64,000 nt of DNA. Origin: an uncultured Psychroserpens sp. (GTDB taxonomy: Bacteria > Bacteroidota > Bacteroidia > Flavobacteriales > Flavobacteriaceae). The position numbers and the translations under genes are program-made. Below the pieces are notes generated by a model, which saw only the letters and a list, made by a program, of their open reading frames with translations, was not told where the DNA came from and did no database searches. The DNA is taken from positions 364,946 to 428,945 of the forward strand of contig CANLEE010000001.1 of assembly GCA_947489585.1 (NCBI GenBank), in the 5' to 3' direction. This document shows positions 1 through 11,137 of the stretch, in pieces. Position 1 is the stretch's first letter; each line of letters opens with the position of its first letter.

Positions 1-81
1 AGTTTACTTATAGAAACCAATACGGCTTTTAGGGTTGATGGTGCATCTTATCAATCGTTTCCTTTGATAAATCTTCAGTAA
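1..81 (+). CDS. Possible 3' end of an upstream gene (partial)
   Basis: Frame 1 is open from base 1 (SLLIETNTAFRVDGASYQSFPLINLQ) to tandem TAA TAA, just before a bidirectional terminator. The product cannot be identified. Confidence 0.3.
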   Translation, partial: SLLIETNTAFRVDGASYQSFPLINLQ

Positions 82-98
82 TAATAAATCTTAAGATA

Positions 99-128
99 AA
101 AAAAGCACCTAAAACTAGATGCTTTTTT
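99..128. terminator. Bidirectional intrinsic terminator downstream of gltD
   Basis: AAAAAAGCA...TGCTTTTTT stem with an inner CTA/TAG pair and A/T tracts on both sides. Confidence 0.7.
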
Positions 129-195
129 ACTCTACTAAAATAATAGACTCAACCCTAAATATTAATTATAGCAGAAGATTTTTTATACTTTTAAA

Positions 196-1659
196 TTATA
201 ATCCTATCAAATCACCATCTGTATTTTTTGTGGCTAAATTTGATTTACCCATTAAATAAATATCGACTTGACGTGCTGCTTCTCTACCTTCGGAAATTGC
301 CCAAACAATCAATGATTGTCCACGACGCATATCTCCAGCAGCAAATACATTAGGAATATTTGTTTGGTACTTTCCGTAGCTCGCTTTATAATTAGATCGC
401 ACATCTTTTTCTAATCCTAATTGGTCGGCAATTGTAGATTCTGGACCAGTAAACCCTAGGGCTAATAATGCTAAATCACAAGGCCATGTTTTTTCAGTAC
501 CTGAAATCTCTATCAGTTTTGGACGCTCACCTGGAATCATTTCCCATTCTACGTTTACAGTTTTTAAAGCTGTAAGTTGTCCTTTTTTATTCGTTATAAA
601 TTCCTTGGTATTAATCAACCAATTTCGTTCAACACCTTCTTTATGAGAAGATGATGTTTTGAGTTGTAATGGCCAATACGGCCAAGGCGTTGTTGGTGAT
701 CGATGACCAGGAGGTTTCGGCATAATTTCAAAATTAACTACTGATTTTGCGCCTTGTCGGTTTGCTGTCCCAATACAATCTGAGCCTGTATCTCCACCAC
801 CTATAACAATAACGTTTTTATCTGTTGCTAATACTTGGTCTTTAATCTCTTGCCCAAAAACAACCTTTGTTTGTTGTGTTAGAAAGTCCATAGCCTGCAC
901 CACACCATCGGCATCAATGCCTGGAGTTGGCAAACTTCTTCTCTGACTAGCACCTCCACAAAGTACAACCGCATCAAAAGCTTTTAATTCCTTTACATCA
1001 TAGTTGACGCCAACATTAACATTGGTTTTAAAAATAATCCCTTCTGCTTTTAAAATCGCTAAACGACGATCTATGATGCCTTTTTCCATTTTAAAATTTG
1101 GAATTCCATAGCGTAATAATCCTCCAATAGCATCATCACGTTCAAAAACAGTAACGGTATGACCAGCTCGATTTAATTGTTGCGCCGCTGCTAAACCTGC
1201 AGGTCCAGAACCGACTACAGCAATTGTTTTTCCTGTTCTTACTTTTGGTGGTTGTGGTTTAATCCAACCTTCTTTAAAGGCGCGTTCAACAATATTTTTT
1301 TCGATATTTTCTATAGAAACTGGATCTTCAATAATGCCTAATACACAAGCTTGCTCACATGGTGCAGGGCATAAACGACCCGTGAACTCAGGAAAATTAT
1401 TTGTTGAATGTAAAATCCATGAGGCCTTTTGCCATTCACCTTGATGCACCATATGATTAAAATCTGGGATTAAATTCCCCAATGGACAACCACTATGACA
1501 AAATGGAATTCCACAATCCATACAACGGGATCCTTGTTCAGTGATGTCCTTATCATTTAAAGGCACTGTAAATTCATTATAATGTGTCACACGATCCTTT
1601 ACAGGAGTGTACTTCTCGTCTTTTCTTTCGAATTCTTTAAAACCTGTTATTTTTCCCAT
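196..1659 (-). CDS. gltD: Glutamate synthase small subunit
   Basis: RCMDCGIPFC and CPAPCE Fe-S motifs, GSGPAGL FAD motif, GGGDTGSDC, FAAGDMRRGQSLIVWAI; 4 nt from gltB. Confidence 0.98.
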   Translation of the reverse strand: MGKITGFKEFERKDEKYTPVKDRVTHYNEFTVPLNDKDITEQGSRCMDCGIPFCHSGCPLGNLIPDFNHMVHQGEWQKASWILHSTNNFPEFTGRLCPAPCEQACVLGIIEDPVSIENIEKNIVERAFKEGWIKPQPPKVRTGKTIAVVGSGPAGLAAAQQLNRAGHTVTVFERDDAIGGLLRYGIPNFKMEKGIIDRRLAILKAEGIIFKTNVNVGVNYDVKELKAFDAVVLCGGASQRRSLPTPGIDADGVVQAMDFLTQQTKVVFGQEIKDQVLATDKNVIVIGGGDTGSDCIGTANRQGAKSVVNFEIMPKPPGHRSPTTPWPYWPLQLKTSSSHKEGVERNWLINTKEFITNKKGQLTALKTVNVEWEMIPGERPKLIEISGTEKTWPCDLALLALGFTGPESTIADQLGLEKDVRSNYKASYGKYQTNIPNVFAAGDMRRGQSLIVWAISEGREAARQVDIYLMGKSNLATKNTDGDLIGL

Positions 1660-1663
1660 TGCC

Positions 1664-4600
1664 TTATACTGTTTCTAATTCTTCAACCATTTGCTCCTCT
1701 GTTTCCAAACGCTTTAAAGCTTGCTTGTATTCCGTAGGCATGACACGTACAAAATGGTTTAAACTTATTTCCCAATCTGTTAATAAAGAAGCACCTCTTT
1801 GACTGCCTGTATATTTAGTATGTTTTTCTATTAAAGCTTTTAACTCTTTTGCATCTTCTGTAGTAATTTCTTCAAACTCTATTGTTTCAGTATTACACAA
1901 TCCATTTACAAATTTGCTTTCTGGATCGTAAACATAAGCCACACCTCCACTCATCCCAGCAGCAAAATTTCTGCCTGTTTTACCAAGAACAACAACTTTT
2001 CCTCCTGTCATATACTCACAACAATGGTCCCCTACACCTTCTACAACTGCAGTCGCTCCAGAGTTTCTAACTGCAAATCGTTCTCCTGCAATACCATTGA
2101 TATATGCTTGGCCATCAACTGCTCCAAATAAGCAGACATTACCAATGATGATATTGTCTTCTGCAACGAAGTCTGCTTTTGCCGGTTTCTTTACAATTAG
2201 CTTAGCACCAGATAGTCCTTTTCCTAAATAATCGTTGGTGTTTCCTTCAAGGTTAAATGTTAGTCCATGTGCACCGAAAGCGCCAAAGCTTTGTCCCGCA
2301 GATCCTGAGAAGTTAATATTTATAGTATCTTCAGGTAATCCTAAGTGACCATATATTTTTGAAATTTCATTGCTCACAATCGCTCCAACTGTTCGATTGA
2401 TATTATTGATTGGATATGATAGTGACATTTGCTCTTTTCTATACAAAGCGCGATGTGAATCTTTTAAAATTTTAAAATCTAAAACATTATCTAAATTATG
2501 GTCTTGCTTTTCAGAATTCTTAACTGGCATTTTATTATAAGCTGCTGGTCTATGCAAAATTGAAGACAGATCTAGGCCTTTAGCTTTATAATGTTTAATC
2601 GCTTTATTTGCATTTATTTTATGGGTTTGACCAACCATTTCAGCCATAGTTCTAAATCCTAGTTCTGCCATAATATGCCGTAGTTCTTCAGCGATATAGT
2701 AGAAGAAATTAATAACGTGCTCTGGTGTGCCTTTAAAATTTTTACGCAACGTTTTGTCTTGTGTTGCAATTCCAACAGGGCAGGTATTTAAATGGCATTT
2801 TCGCATCATTATACATCCTGAAGCTACTAAAGGAGCAGTCGCAAACCCAAATTCTTCGGCGCCTAATAAAGTGGCAATTGCCACATCACGCCCAGTTTTT
2901 AACTGTCCGTCACATTCTACAACAATTCTACTTCTTAAGTTGTTAAGTACTAAAGTTTGTTGCGCTTCGGCTAAACCAAGTTCCCATGGTAAACCAGCGT
3001 GTTTCAATGAGGTTAAAGGCGATGCTCCTGTACCTCCATCATAACCAGCAATGAGAACGACATCAGCTTTTGCTTTTGCAACTCCAGCAGCAATGGTACC
3101 AACACCAACTTCAGAAACCAATTTTACATTAATCCTAGCTTCTCGATTTGCATTTTTTAAGTCATAAATTAATTGCGCTAAATCTTCAATAGAATAAATA
3201 TCATGATGGGGTGGTGGTGAAATTAAACCTACAAATGGTGTAGAATTACGTGCTGCGGCAATCCATGGTAATACTTTTTCACCAGGTAATTGACCGCCTT
3301 CTCCAGGTTTAGCACCTTGTGCCATTTTTATTTGAATCTCTTTGGCATTTGTTAAGTAATGAGATGTCACTCCAAAACGACCAGAAGCGACTTGTTTTAT
3401 TGCAGAATTTCTACTATCACCATTCACGTCTGGTTGAAAACGCTTTCTGTCTTCGCCTCCTTCGCCAGAATTAGATTTTCCTCCAATTCGGTTCATAGCA
3501 ATGGCCAAATTTTCATGTGCTTCTCTAGAAATTGACCCATAAGACATTGCACCTGTTTTGAATCGTTTTACGATTTCGGTCCAAGGTTCTACTTCCTCAA
3601 TTGGAATAGGATCAATATTATTAAATTCAAATAAACCACGAATGGTCATTAAGTTTTCTGATTGTTCATTAATGGTTTTAGCATAAACATCATAACTTGC
3701 TTGATCACTTAGTCTAACGGCTTGCTGTAATTTTGCAACCGTTGTTGGATTAAACAAATGTTTTTCGCCATTACGTCGCCATCTGTAATCGCCACCAATA
3801 TTTAACCCTAAACGTTTATCAACTTGATTTTCAGGATATGCATGTTGGTATCGCTTATCGATTTCTTTTTCGATTTCATATAAACCAATACCTTCAATTC
3901 TTGATGTTGTATATGGAAAATATTTCTCAACAAATTGCGAATTGAAACCAACAATTTCAAATATTTGAGAACCTCTATATGAACGTAGGGTTGAGATGCC
4001 AATTTTATTCATCACTTTTAAAATGCCTTTACCAATAGCTTTATTAAAGTTATCGACTGCCTTTTGTTCATCCATATCAGTTATAAAGCCTTCTTTGACT
4101 TGCATTCTAATAATTTCATTAACCATATATGGATTTACAGCACTAGCTCCATAACCAAACAATGTTGCAAAATGATGCGGTTCACGTGGTTCTGCAGATT
4201 CAATAATAATATCAAAATAAGAACGCTTACGTAAGCGATTCATCTGATGACTCACATAAGAACAAGCCAATAAAGCTGGAATTGGAGCCAACTTCCTGCT
4301 TACGCCTCTATCTGAAAGAATGATAATATTTGTCTTTCGTTCTAGTGCTTTTTCAATTTGCACGATGATATTATCTAAAGCATCTTCAAGTCCATTAAGT
4401 CCCTTCTCCTTTGGATATAATAGCTCTATAGTTTCTGCTTTGAAACTTTCGACTGAAATATTTCTAATTTTCTCTAAATCATCATTTGAAATTACGGGAT
4501 TCTGAATTTTTAATTTCCGACATTGTCTTTCTGTAATGCTAAAAATGTTTCTATCCTTTCCTAATGACAAACTGATATCTGTTACAATTTCTTCTCTTAT

Positions 4601-6178
4601 TCCGTCTAAAGGCGGATTTGTAACCTGAGCAAATAATTGTTTAAAGTAGTTTGAAATTAACTGAGGTTTGTTCGATAAAACAGCTAATGGTGTATCAATT
4701 CCCATAGAACCCAAAGCCTCTTTTGCTTTTTGAGCCATTGGTGTGATAACTTCTTGTATATCTTCAAATGTGTAGTTAAACAAACGTTGTCTGGTCTTTA
4801 TATCTAGAGTTTCAATTGGACAAGTTTGGCCTGTATATGGTATATCCTTTAAATGTAATCTTGTTTTATCTAACCATTCTTGATATGGTCGTTCTCTAAC
4901 AATTTTACTTTTAATTTCTTCATCATTTATAATTCTACCTTGATTCATGTCTACCAAAAACATTTTCCCGGGTTCTAAGCGACCATGACTTTCAACATCT
5001 TCTGGAGCAATATCTACGACTCCAATTTCTGAAGACATAATTAATTTACCACTTTTGGTTACTGTATACCTTGAAGGTCTTAATCCATTTCTATCTAGCA
5101 ATGCGCCAATATAATTTCCATCGGTAAAAGGCACCGAAGCTGGGCCATCCCAAGGCTCCATAATACAAGCATTGTATTCGTAAAATGCCTTGCGCTCTGG
5201 TGACATCGTTTTGTGTTTTTCCCATGCTTCTGGAATCATCATCATCATGACTTCTGGAAGCGATCGTCCTGTATGTGTTAACAATTCAACCACCATATCC
5301 ATGGAAGCAGAATCAGATTTTCCTGGTAAAATGATTGGAAACAGCTTATCTATTTGAGGCCCGAAGACTTCACTTTTCATAATTTCTTCACGTACACGCA
5401 TTCTACTTACATTACCACGAAGCGTATTTATTTCTCCATTTTGACACATAAATCGAAATGGTTGTGCCAATTCCCATGTAGGCATGGTATTAGTAGAAAA
5501 TCGCTGGTGTACTAAAGCCAAGCGAGTTACCAAATCTGATTCTTGTAAATCTTTATAGTAAGGACCAATATCTTCAGGCATAATAATGCCTTTGTATATC
5601 AATGTATTCATAGATAAACTAGACACATAGAAATAAGAACTTTGAGACATTTTAGATTTTCTAACAGTATGCTCGGTTATTTTACGTGCTGCATATAATT
5701 TTGCTTTAAAGTCATCCTCGGATACGTCATTAGATTTACCGACAAAAAGCTGTTCAATGTTTGGTTCAGATGCTAATGCTATCTCCCCTAATTGTGTAGA
5801 ATCAACAGGCACTTCCCGCCATCCTATAACAGATAATCCTTGTGCAATTATTTCTTTTTCGAACGTGTCTTTGCAAAATTTATACTGATTTCTATTTTTA
5901 GGTAAAAATACCATTCCAACAGCATATTTCCCTTTTACAGGAATTTTGAAACCACAAACTCTTTTAAAATAAGCATGAGGTATATCTATTAACAAACCAG
6001 CTCCATCTCCGGTTTTTCCATCAGAGCTTACACCACCACGATGCTCTAGTTTCACAAGAATTTCTAAAGCATCATGTATAATTTGATTTGTCTTTTCTCC
6101 TTTAAGATTACAAATAAATCCTGCACCACAATTTTCATGTTCAAATTCTGGCAAATAAAGCCCTTGTTTCTTCAGCAT
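1664..6178 (-). CDS. gltB: Glutamate synthase large subunit
   Basis: EHENCG N-terminal nucleophile site, [40 protein letters not shown] 3Fe-4S motif; 1504 aa. Confidence 0.99.
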   Translation of the reverse strand: MLKKQGLYLPEFEHENCGAGFICNLKGEKTNQIIHDALEILVKLEHRGGVSSDGKTGDGAGLLIDIPHAYFKRVCGFKIPVKGKYAVGMVFLPKNRNQYKFCKDTFEKEIIAQGLSVIGWREVPVDSTQLGEIALASEPNIEQLFVGKSNDVSEDDFKAKLYAARKITEHTVRKSKMSQSSYFYVSSLSMNTLIYKGIIMPEDIGPYYKDLQESDLVTRLALVHQRFSTNTMPTWELAQPFRFMCQNGEINTLRGNVSRMRVREEIMKSEVFGPQIDKLFPIILPGKSDSASMDMVVELLTHTGRSLPEVMMMMIPEAWEKHKTMSPERKAFYEYNACIMEPWDGPASVPFTDGNYIGALLDRNGLRPSRYTVTKSGKLIMSSEIGVVDIAPEDVESHGRLEPGKMFLVDMNQGRIINDEEIKSKIVRERPYQEWLDKTRLHLKDIPYTGQTCPIETLDIKTRQRLFNYTFEDIQEVITPMAQKAKEALGSMGIDTPLAVLSNKPQLISNYFKQLFAQVTNPPLDGIREEIVTDISLSLGKDRNIFSITERQCRKLKIQNPVISNDDLEKIRNISVESFKAETIELLYPKEKGLNGLEDALDNIIVQIEKALERKTNIIILSDRGVSRKLAPIPALLACSYVSHQMNRLRKRSYFDIIIESAEPREPHHFATLFGYGASAVNPYMVNEIIRMQVKEGFITDMDEQKAVDNFNKAIGKGILKVMNKIGISTLRSYRGSQIFEIVGFNSQFVEKYFPYTTSRIEGIGLYEIEKEIDKRYQHAYPENQVDKRLGLNIGGDYRWRRNGEKHLFNPTTVAKLQQAVRLSDQASYDVYAKTINEQSENLMTIRGLFEFNNIDPIPIEEVEPWTEIVKRFKTGAMSYGSISREAHENLAIAMNRIGGKSNSGEGGEDRKRFQPDVNGDSRNSAIKQVASGRFGVTSHYLTNAKEIQIKMAQGAKPGEGGQLPGEKVLPWIAAARNSTPFVGLISPPPHHDIYSIEDLAQLIYDLKNANREARINVKLVSEVGVGTIAAGVAKAKADVVLIAGYDGGTGASPLTSLKHAGLPWELGLAEAQQTLVLNNLRSRIVVECDGQLKTGRDVAIATLLGAEEFGFATAPLVASGCIMMRKCHLNTCPVGIATQDKTLRKNFKGTPEHVINFFYYIAEELRHIMAELGFRTMAEMVGQTHKINANKAIKHYKAKGLDLSSILHRPAAYNKMPVKNSEKQDHNLDNVLDFKILKDSHRALYRKEQMSLSYPINNINRTVGAIVSNEISKIYGHLGLPEDTININFSGSAGQSFGAFGAHGLTFNLEGNTNDYLGKGLSGAKLIVKKPAKADFVAEDNIIIGNVCLFGAVDGQAYINGIAGERFAVRNSGATAVVEGVGDHCCEYMTGGKVVVLGKTGRNFAAGMSGGVAYVYDPESKFVNGLCNTETIEFEEITTEDAKELKALIEKHTKYTGSQRGASLLTDWEISLNHFVRVMPTEYKQALKRLETEEQMVEELETV

Positions 6179-6375
6179 AATTCAGAAAATTTTAAAGAGT
6201 TTACACTCCTTATTATACAACTAATATATACTGTAGTATTCGATTAAAAAAAAAGCCGAAACACTTTTCAAGAATTCACAATATGCCCCTATTTAATTAC
6301 AATATTTATAATTTATATGTTATCCTACTGTTAAATCCCTAATGAAAAAAATTCAATAAAAAATAGTTTTTATTG

Positions 6376-6389
6376 CGAAAACGTTTTCG
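6376..6389. promoter_or_regulatory. LacI-family-like operator palindrome CGAAAACGTTTTCG
   Basis: Perfect 14-bp palindrome with the central AACGTT typical of LacI/PurR/CcpA operators, in the gltB/porin divergent intergenic region. Confidence 0.55.
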
Positions 6390-6495
6390 TTAAGCGCTCT
6401 TTTTTAAACATTATTCAATTAATTGCAAAAATCGACCCTATTTTCTTCAAAACACAATTGTCGATTTAACAAAAAAATAACTCTAATTTATTTTA

Positions 6496-6514
6496 ACCCC
6501 TAAATTATTAGGGT
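6496..6514. promoter_or_regulatory. Candidate operator ACCC-N11-GGGT, copy 1
   Basis: ACCCCTAAATTATTAGGGT followed by ATAAAAT; second copy 53 bp downstream. Confidence 0.55.
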
Positions 6515-6548
6515 ATAAAATTCAATATTCATAAAAATAATCAAATCA

Positions 6549-6567
6549 ACCCTATTTTTTTTAGGGT
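6549..6567. promoter_or_regulatory. Candidate operator ACCC-N11-GGGT, copy 2
   Basis: ACCCTATTTTTTTTAGGGT followed by ATGAAAT; lies where the -33 element of the porin-glnB-amtB promoter should be. Confidence 0.55.
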
Positions 6568-6583
6568 ATGAAATCTTTTTGTA

Positions 6584-6591
6584 TAGATTTG
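6584..6591 (+). promoter_or_regulatory. Bacteroidota housekeeping promoter -7 box for the porin-glnB-amtB operon
   Basis: TAGATTTG matches TAnnTTTG, 28 nt before the ATG. Confidence 0.65.
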
Positions 6592-6619
6592 ACCCGAATA
6601 ATTAATAAAACTAATTTTT

Positions 6620-7657
6620 ATGAAACATTTATTTACTTTAACTTTAGTATTGACATCAATACTGTTAACAGCACAAGAAGCGTCAGAAGACACTCCAGAT
6701 AAAAAATTCTCAATTACTGGAAGTGTAGATGCGTATTTTAGAACTAATCTTACTGGACCAAACGAAGCCTTTGAAGATGGAGATGACACCTTCTTCCTAA
6801 ACCCAGGCACATCTTTTGCCAATAGAAGCGGTTTTAGCTTAGGGATGGCAAATGCTATTATTTCTTATGAAGGCAGCAAAGTTGGATTTGTTGCAGATCT
6901 CGTTTTCGGACCAAGAGGAGAAGACGCTGTCTTCTTATCTACTGGCTCAAGCAACATTGTAAATCAACTATATGTGTATTACAATGTAAGTGACAAAGTA
7001 ACCTTAACCCTTGGTAACTTTAATACCTTTTTAGGGTATGAAGTGATTTCTCCAGTTGGAAATTTCAACTACAGTACATCTTACATGTTCTCAAATGGAC
7101 CTTTTTCTCATACAGGTTTAAAGGCAGATATTGCTTTATCTGATGATTTCTCATTAATGTTAGCCGTTATGAACAGTACAGATTTTACTGAAGTCAACCT
7201 TGATGGAAGTTATACTGCAGGTGCTCAGCTTGGCTACAAAGATCAATACTTAAACTTTGTTTATGGAGAACAAACAGGAACAAGTGGGTCAACATTCCAG
7301 GTAGATTATACCGGCGGAACAGACTTAAGCGATTCGTTCTTCTTAGGAATCAATGCTACTTATAATGATACTGATGGCAGTGGATTTTATGGCGCTGCTT
7401 TATATCCTCAGTATAGCGTATCTGAATCATTTGGCTTAGGGCTTAGAGGTGAATACTTTGGTTTCCATGCAGAAAACGTAGATGATAGCACTGTATTTGC
7501 TGCAACATTATCAGCAAATTATAAAATTGATGACTTAACAATCATTCCTGAAATACGATTAGATAGCTGGAATGAAGACTTCTATTTTGATAACGATTTA
7601 GAACCAACTAAAAGCTTAGCATCTTTTTTAGTTGCTGCAGTATATAAATTTAACTAA
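6620..7657 (+). CDS. Outer-membrane beta-barrel porin (DUF1597/OmpL-like) of the ammonium operon
   Basis: Signal peptide, GSVDAYF, TFLGYEVISP and NYSTSYMFSNGPFSHTG motifs, alternating beta-strands, C-terminal aromatic (YKFN). Confidence 0.75.
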   Translation: MKHLFTLTLVLTSILLTAQEASEDTPDKKFSITGSVDAYFRTNLTGPNEAFEDGDDTFFLNPGTSFANRSGFSLGMANAIISYEGSKVGFVADLVFGPRGEDAVFLSTGSSNIVNQLYVYYNVSDKVTLTLGNFNTFLGYEVISPVGNFNYSTSYMFSNGPFSHTGLKADIALSDDFSLMLAVMNSTDFTEVNLDGSYTAGAQLGYKDQYLNFVYGEQTGTSGSTFQVDYTGGTDLSDSFFLGINATYNDTDGSGFYGAALYPQYSVSESFGLGLRGEYFGFHAENVDDSTVFAATLSANYKIDDLTIIPEIRLDSWNEDFYFDNDLEPTKSLASFLVAAVYKFN

Positions 7658-7669
7658 TACCAAATAATT

Positions 7670-8008
7670 ATGAAAAAAGTTGAAGCAATCATCCGGAAAT
7701 CAAAGTTTTCCGCAGTAAAAAAAGCACTACATGAGGTAGGCGTAAATTTCTTCTCTTACTGGGATGTTACTGGATTAGGTAACGAAAAAGAAGGGCACGT
7801 ATACAGAGGTGTTTCATACAGCACAAGTGACATACAGCGTCGCTATCTCTCTATAGTAGTGAATGACGATTTTGAAGATGTCACCATAAAAGCCATACTA
7901 GAAGCTGGCTCGACAGGTAATGTTGGAGATGGCAAAATATTCGTCTCACAAATAGATGAAGTATACAGAATACGAACCGGAGAAAAAGGAGGAAACACTT
8001 TAAAATAA
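7670..8008 (+). CDS. glnB: Nitrogen regulatory protein P-II (GlnB/GlnK family)
   Basis: MKKVEAIIR start, YRGVSY T-loop, GDGKIFVS and RIRTGE motifs; 112 aa; adjacent to amtB. Confidence 0.96.
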   Translation: MKKVEAIIRKSKFSAVKKALHEVGVNFFSYWDVTGLGNEKEGHVYRGVSYSTSDIQRRYLSIVVNDDFEDVTIKAILEAGSTGNVGDGKIFVSQIDEVYRIRTGEKGGNTLK

Positions 8009-8013
8009 AACAC

Positions 8014-9246
8014 ATGGAATTACTTACTACAAATAATGTATGGATGATGATCTGTACAGCACTCGTTTTCTTTATGCATTTAGGATTTGCATTTTTAGAA
8101 ATCGGATTAACACGTCAAAAAAACACAATTAACATCTTGTTTAAAAACATCTTTATAATTACAGTAGGACTGTTATTATATTGCTTAGTTGGATTTAACT
8201 TAATGTACCCTGGAGAGTTTAATGGGTTTTTAGGGTTTGCTGGATTTGGATTAGACGCACCACTCACAGAAGCTGGAGCTTTAGATTTAGCATACAATGA
8301 AGGGTATACGTATTGGACTGATTTCTTATTCCAAGGCATGTTTGCAGCCACAGCAGCAACTATTGTTTCTGGAGCAGTTGCAGAACGCATGAAAATAGGT
8401 CCTTTTATGGTATTCACAATAATTTATGTTGGATTGATTTATCCAATTGCAGGCTCTTGGAAATGGGGAGGCGGATTTTTACAAACTCTAGAAACTCCAT
8501 TTTATGATTTTGCAGGATCTACTTTAGTGCATTCTGTTGGCGGATGGGCAGCTTTAGTCGCTGTTTGCTTATTAGGTGCTAGAATTGGAAAATTTAAAGA
8601 GGGAAAACTACAAGCAATTCCTGGGCACAACATACCATTAGCAACAGCTGGAGTAATTATTTTATGGCTAGGTTGGTTTGGATTTAATGGAGGCTCTGTA
8701 TTATCTGCAGACCCTGGATTAACGTCATTGACATTAGTTACAACTTGTTTGGCTGCTGCAGCAGGTGGTGTAGTAGCGGCATTAGTATCATTCTTGAAAT
8801 TTAAGAACTTAGATTTAACCATGTTTTTAAATGGTATCCTTGGAGGTTTGGTTGGTATTACCGCAGGTGCAGATCAAATGAGTCCTACAGATGCTATAAT
8901 CATTGGAGCTATTGCTGGAGCAATTATTGTATTCGCAGTATCTTTAATTGATAGATTAAAATTAGACGACCCAGTGGGAGCCATTGCCGTACATTTAGTA
9001 TGTGGTATCTGGGGAACACTAGCGGTTGGAATCTTCGGAGAACTTGCAGGAGGCGCTCAATTCTTGAGTCAGCTTATTGGTGTAGCTTCTTATGCTGGTA
9101 TTTGCATTGCTTCTTCATTCTTAATCATTTTTATTATGAAGAAAACGGTAGGAATTAGAGTTTCTGAACGTGAAGAATTAGAAGGTCTTGATGCTCACGA
9201 ACATGGAATGGATGCATATCCAGACTTTAGACTGAATGAGCACTAA
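8014..9246 (+). CDS. amtB: Ammonium transporter
   Basis: FQGMFAATAATIVSGAVAER, DFAGSTLVHSVGG, WLGWFGFNGGS, DDPVGAIAVH. Confidence 0.98.
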   Translation: MELLTTNNVWMMICTALVFFMHLGFAFLEIGLTRQKNTINILFKNIFIITVGLLLYCLVGFNLMYPGEFNGFLGFAGFGLDAPLTEAGALDLAYNEGYTYWTDFLFQGMFAATAATIVSGAVAERMKIGPFMVFTIIYVGLIYPIAGSWKWGGGFLQTLETPFYDFAGSTLVHSVGGWAALVAVCLLGARIGKFKEGKLQAIPGHNIPLATAGVIILWLGWFGFNGGSVLSADPGLTSLTLVTTCLAAAAGGVVAALVSFLKFKNLDLTMFLNGILGGLVGITAGADQMSPTDAIIIGAIAGAIIVFAVSLIDRLKLDDPVGAIAVHLVCGIWGTLAVGIFGELAGGAQFLSQLIGVASYAGICIASSFLIIFIMKKTVGIRVSEREELEGLDAHEHGMDAYPDFRLNEH

Positions 9247-9280
9247 GTTTGTTTGTTATTATTTATTAGATTAGGGAATG

Positions 9281-9318
9281 ACCCTCAAAATTAATTTTTT
9301 GAGGGTTTGTTTTTTTTT
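9281..9318 (+). terminator. Intrinsic terminator after amtB
   Basis: ACCCTCAAAA/TTTTGAGGGT 10-bp stem followed by a T-rich tract. Confidence 0.75.
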
Positions 9319-9352
9319 AGAATTGAAACATACTACCCTATTGAGAACATGA

Positions 9353-9391
9353 AAAAAGCGCTTGATTATTTAAAATAATCAAGCGCTTTTT
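9353..9391. terminator. Long-stem terminator downstream of leuB
   Basis: Perfect 18-bp inverted repeat AAAAAGCGCTTGATTATT / AATAATCAAGCGCTTTTT with a 3-nt loop. Confidence 0.8.
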
Positions 9392-9416
9392 AAGTCCTTA
9401 GGATTCTATATACGTC

Positions 9417-10535
9417 TCAAATAATTGTAGATTGTCCTAAGTGAATGTTTTTAAAATTTCGATTACTATCTTTTGGATTAAAAATAAAATCTTCAATAAA
9501 ATCGCCAACATTAGACGTTGTTATTGTATTGTATTCTGAATTTATATCAGGTGTCGTAATATTTAATTTTAATGATTTCTCAACCGCAAGCCTGACCAAC
9601 TCTGCTTCATTATAAAGCTCAAAATGATCTAATAACATTGCAGCAGATAAAATAGATGCGATTGGGTTGGCAATACCTTTACCTTCAGCTTGTGGATAAG
9701 ATCCATGAATAGGCTCAAACATCGCATACTTATCTCCAACTGAAGCTGATGCTAAAAGCCCAATCGAACCTCCAATGACACTTGCTTCATCACTAATGAT
9801 ATCGCCAAACATATTTTCGGTTAAAATCACATCAAACTGTTTTGGGTTCAATATCATTTGCATAGCAGCATTATCTACAAATAAGAAGTCTAATGTCACC
9901 TCCTTATATGCTTCGGCAACTTCAGTAACAACTTTACGCCAAAGTCTTGAACTCTCCAAAACATTTGCCTTATCTACCAAAGTGACTTTGCTTTTTCTTG
10001 AAGCTGCAGCTTTAAATGCTAAATGCGTAATACGTTCGATTTCTAAACGCGAGTATTCACATAAATCTGAAGCTGTATCTCCATCCTCGCTTAATTCTTT
10101 TTTCCCGAAGTAAATTCCACCAGTCAACTCACGATAAATACTAATATCTGTACCATCGATAATCGATTTCTTTAAAGGTGATTTATCTAATAATGAATCA
10201 TAGGCTTTTACAGGTCTTATATTTGCATATAAACCTAATTCTTTTCTCAACTTAAGCAACCCTTGTTCTGGCCTTACTTTTGCTGAAGGATCATTGTCGT
10301 ATTTTGGATGACCAATAGAACCAAACAAAATAGCATCTGTAGACTTGCATAGATCTAAGGTCTTATCTGGCAATGGGTTATTGTGTTTGTCAATTGCAAT
10401 AGCGCCTACATCTGCTGTTTTAAAACTAAATGTATGGTCAAATTCTGAAGCAATAGCTTTCAAAACTTTTACTGCTTGATTGGTAACTTCTGGACCAATA
10501 CCATCTCCTGGTAGTACAGCAATGTTCAATTTCAT
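9417..10535 (-). CDS. leuB: 3-isopropylmalate dehydrogenase
   Basis: LPGDGIGPEV, DKANVL, NMFGDIISD, EPIHGSYP. Start moved to the ATG at 10535 (MKLNIAV); the longer ORF-track start overlaps leuD. Confidence 0.97.
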   Translation of the reverse strand: MKLNIAVLPGDGIGPEVTNQAVKVLKAIASEFDHTFSFKTADVGAIAIDKHNNPLPDKTLDLCKSTDAILFGSIGHPKYDNDPSAKVRPEQGLLKLRKELGLYANIRPVKAYDSLLDKSPLKKSIIDGTDISIYRELTGGIYFGKKELSEDGDTASDLCEYSRLEIERITHLAFKAAASRKSKVTLVDKANVLESSRLWRKVVTEVAEAYKEVTLDFLFVDNAAMQMILNPKQFDVILTENMFGDIISDEASVIGGSIGLLASASVGDKYAMFEPIHGSYPQAEGKGIANPIASILSAAMLLDHFELYNEAELVRLAVEKSLKLNITTPDINSEYNTITTSNVGDFIEDFIFNPKDSNRNFKNIHLGQSTII

Positions 10536-10545
10536 GTTATTCTTT

Positions 10546-11133
10546 TTAGTAGCTTCTTGTTGTTTCAAAAGCTTCAATTAATTCTTTTTTACTTAATAAA
10601 TAATCAATGTCATCATAACCATTGATTAAACATGTTTTCTTATAAGGGTCAATATCGAAATGCTCAGAAATTGAACCTTCAATACCTATAACTTGTAATT
10701 GAAGATTAACATTAAGTTTCGTTTCTGGGTTCTTTTGAATTATTGTCATTAATTCAGCTAAGAATACTTCTGACACTTGAACTGGCAACAAACCATTGTT
10801 TAGTGCATTACCTTTAAAAATATCAGCAAAGAAACTTGAAACAATAACTTTAAATCCATACCCAACTAAAGCCCAAGCAGCATGCTCGCGACTTGAACCA
10901 CATCCAAAATTATCACCAGCAACTAAAATACTTCCGTTATAATCTGAATTGTTAAGTATAAATGTAGGGTTTTCTGAATTATCTTTATTAAAACGCCAGT
11001 CTCTAAAGACATTGTCTCCAAATCCTTTTTTATCTGTCGCTTTTAAAAAACGAGCAGGAATAATTTGATCTGTATCAACATTAGCAATATCTAATGGAAT
11101 AGCTTTAGATGTTAGTGTTGTAAATTTTTCCAT
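10546..11133 (-). CDS. leuD: 3-isopropylmalate dehydratase small subunit
   Basis: [29 protein letters not shown]. Confidence 0.97.
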   Translation of the reverse strand: MEKFTTLTSKAIPLDIANVDTDQIIPARFLKATDKKGFGDNVFRDWRFNKDNSENPTFILNNSDYNGSILVAGDNFGCGSSREHAAWALVGYGFKVIVSSFFADIFKGNALNNGLLPVQVSEVFLAELMTIIQKNPETKLNVNLQLQVIGIEGSISEHFDIDPYKKTCLINGYDDIDYLLSKKELIEAFETTRSY

Positions 11134-11137
11134 GTTG

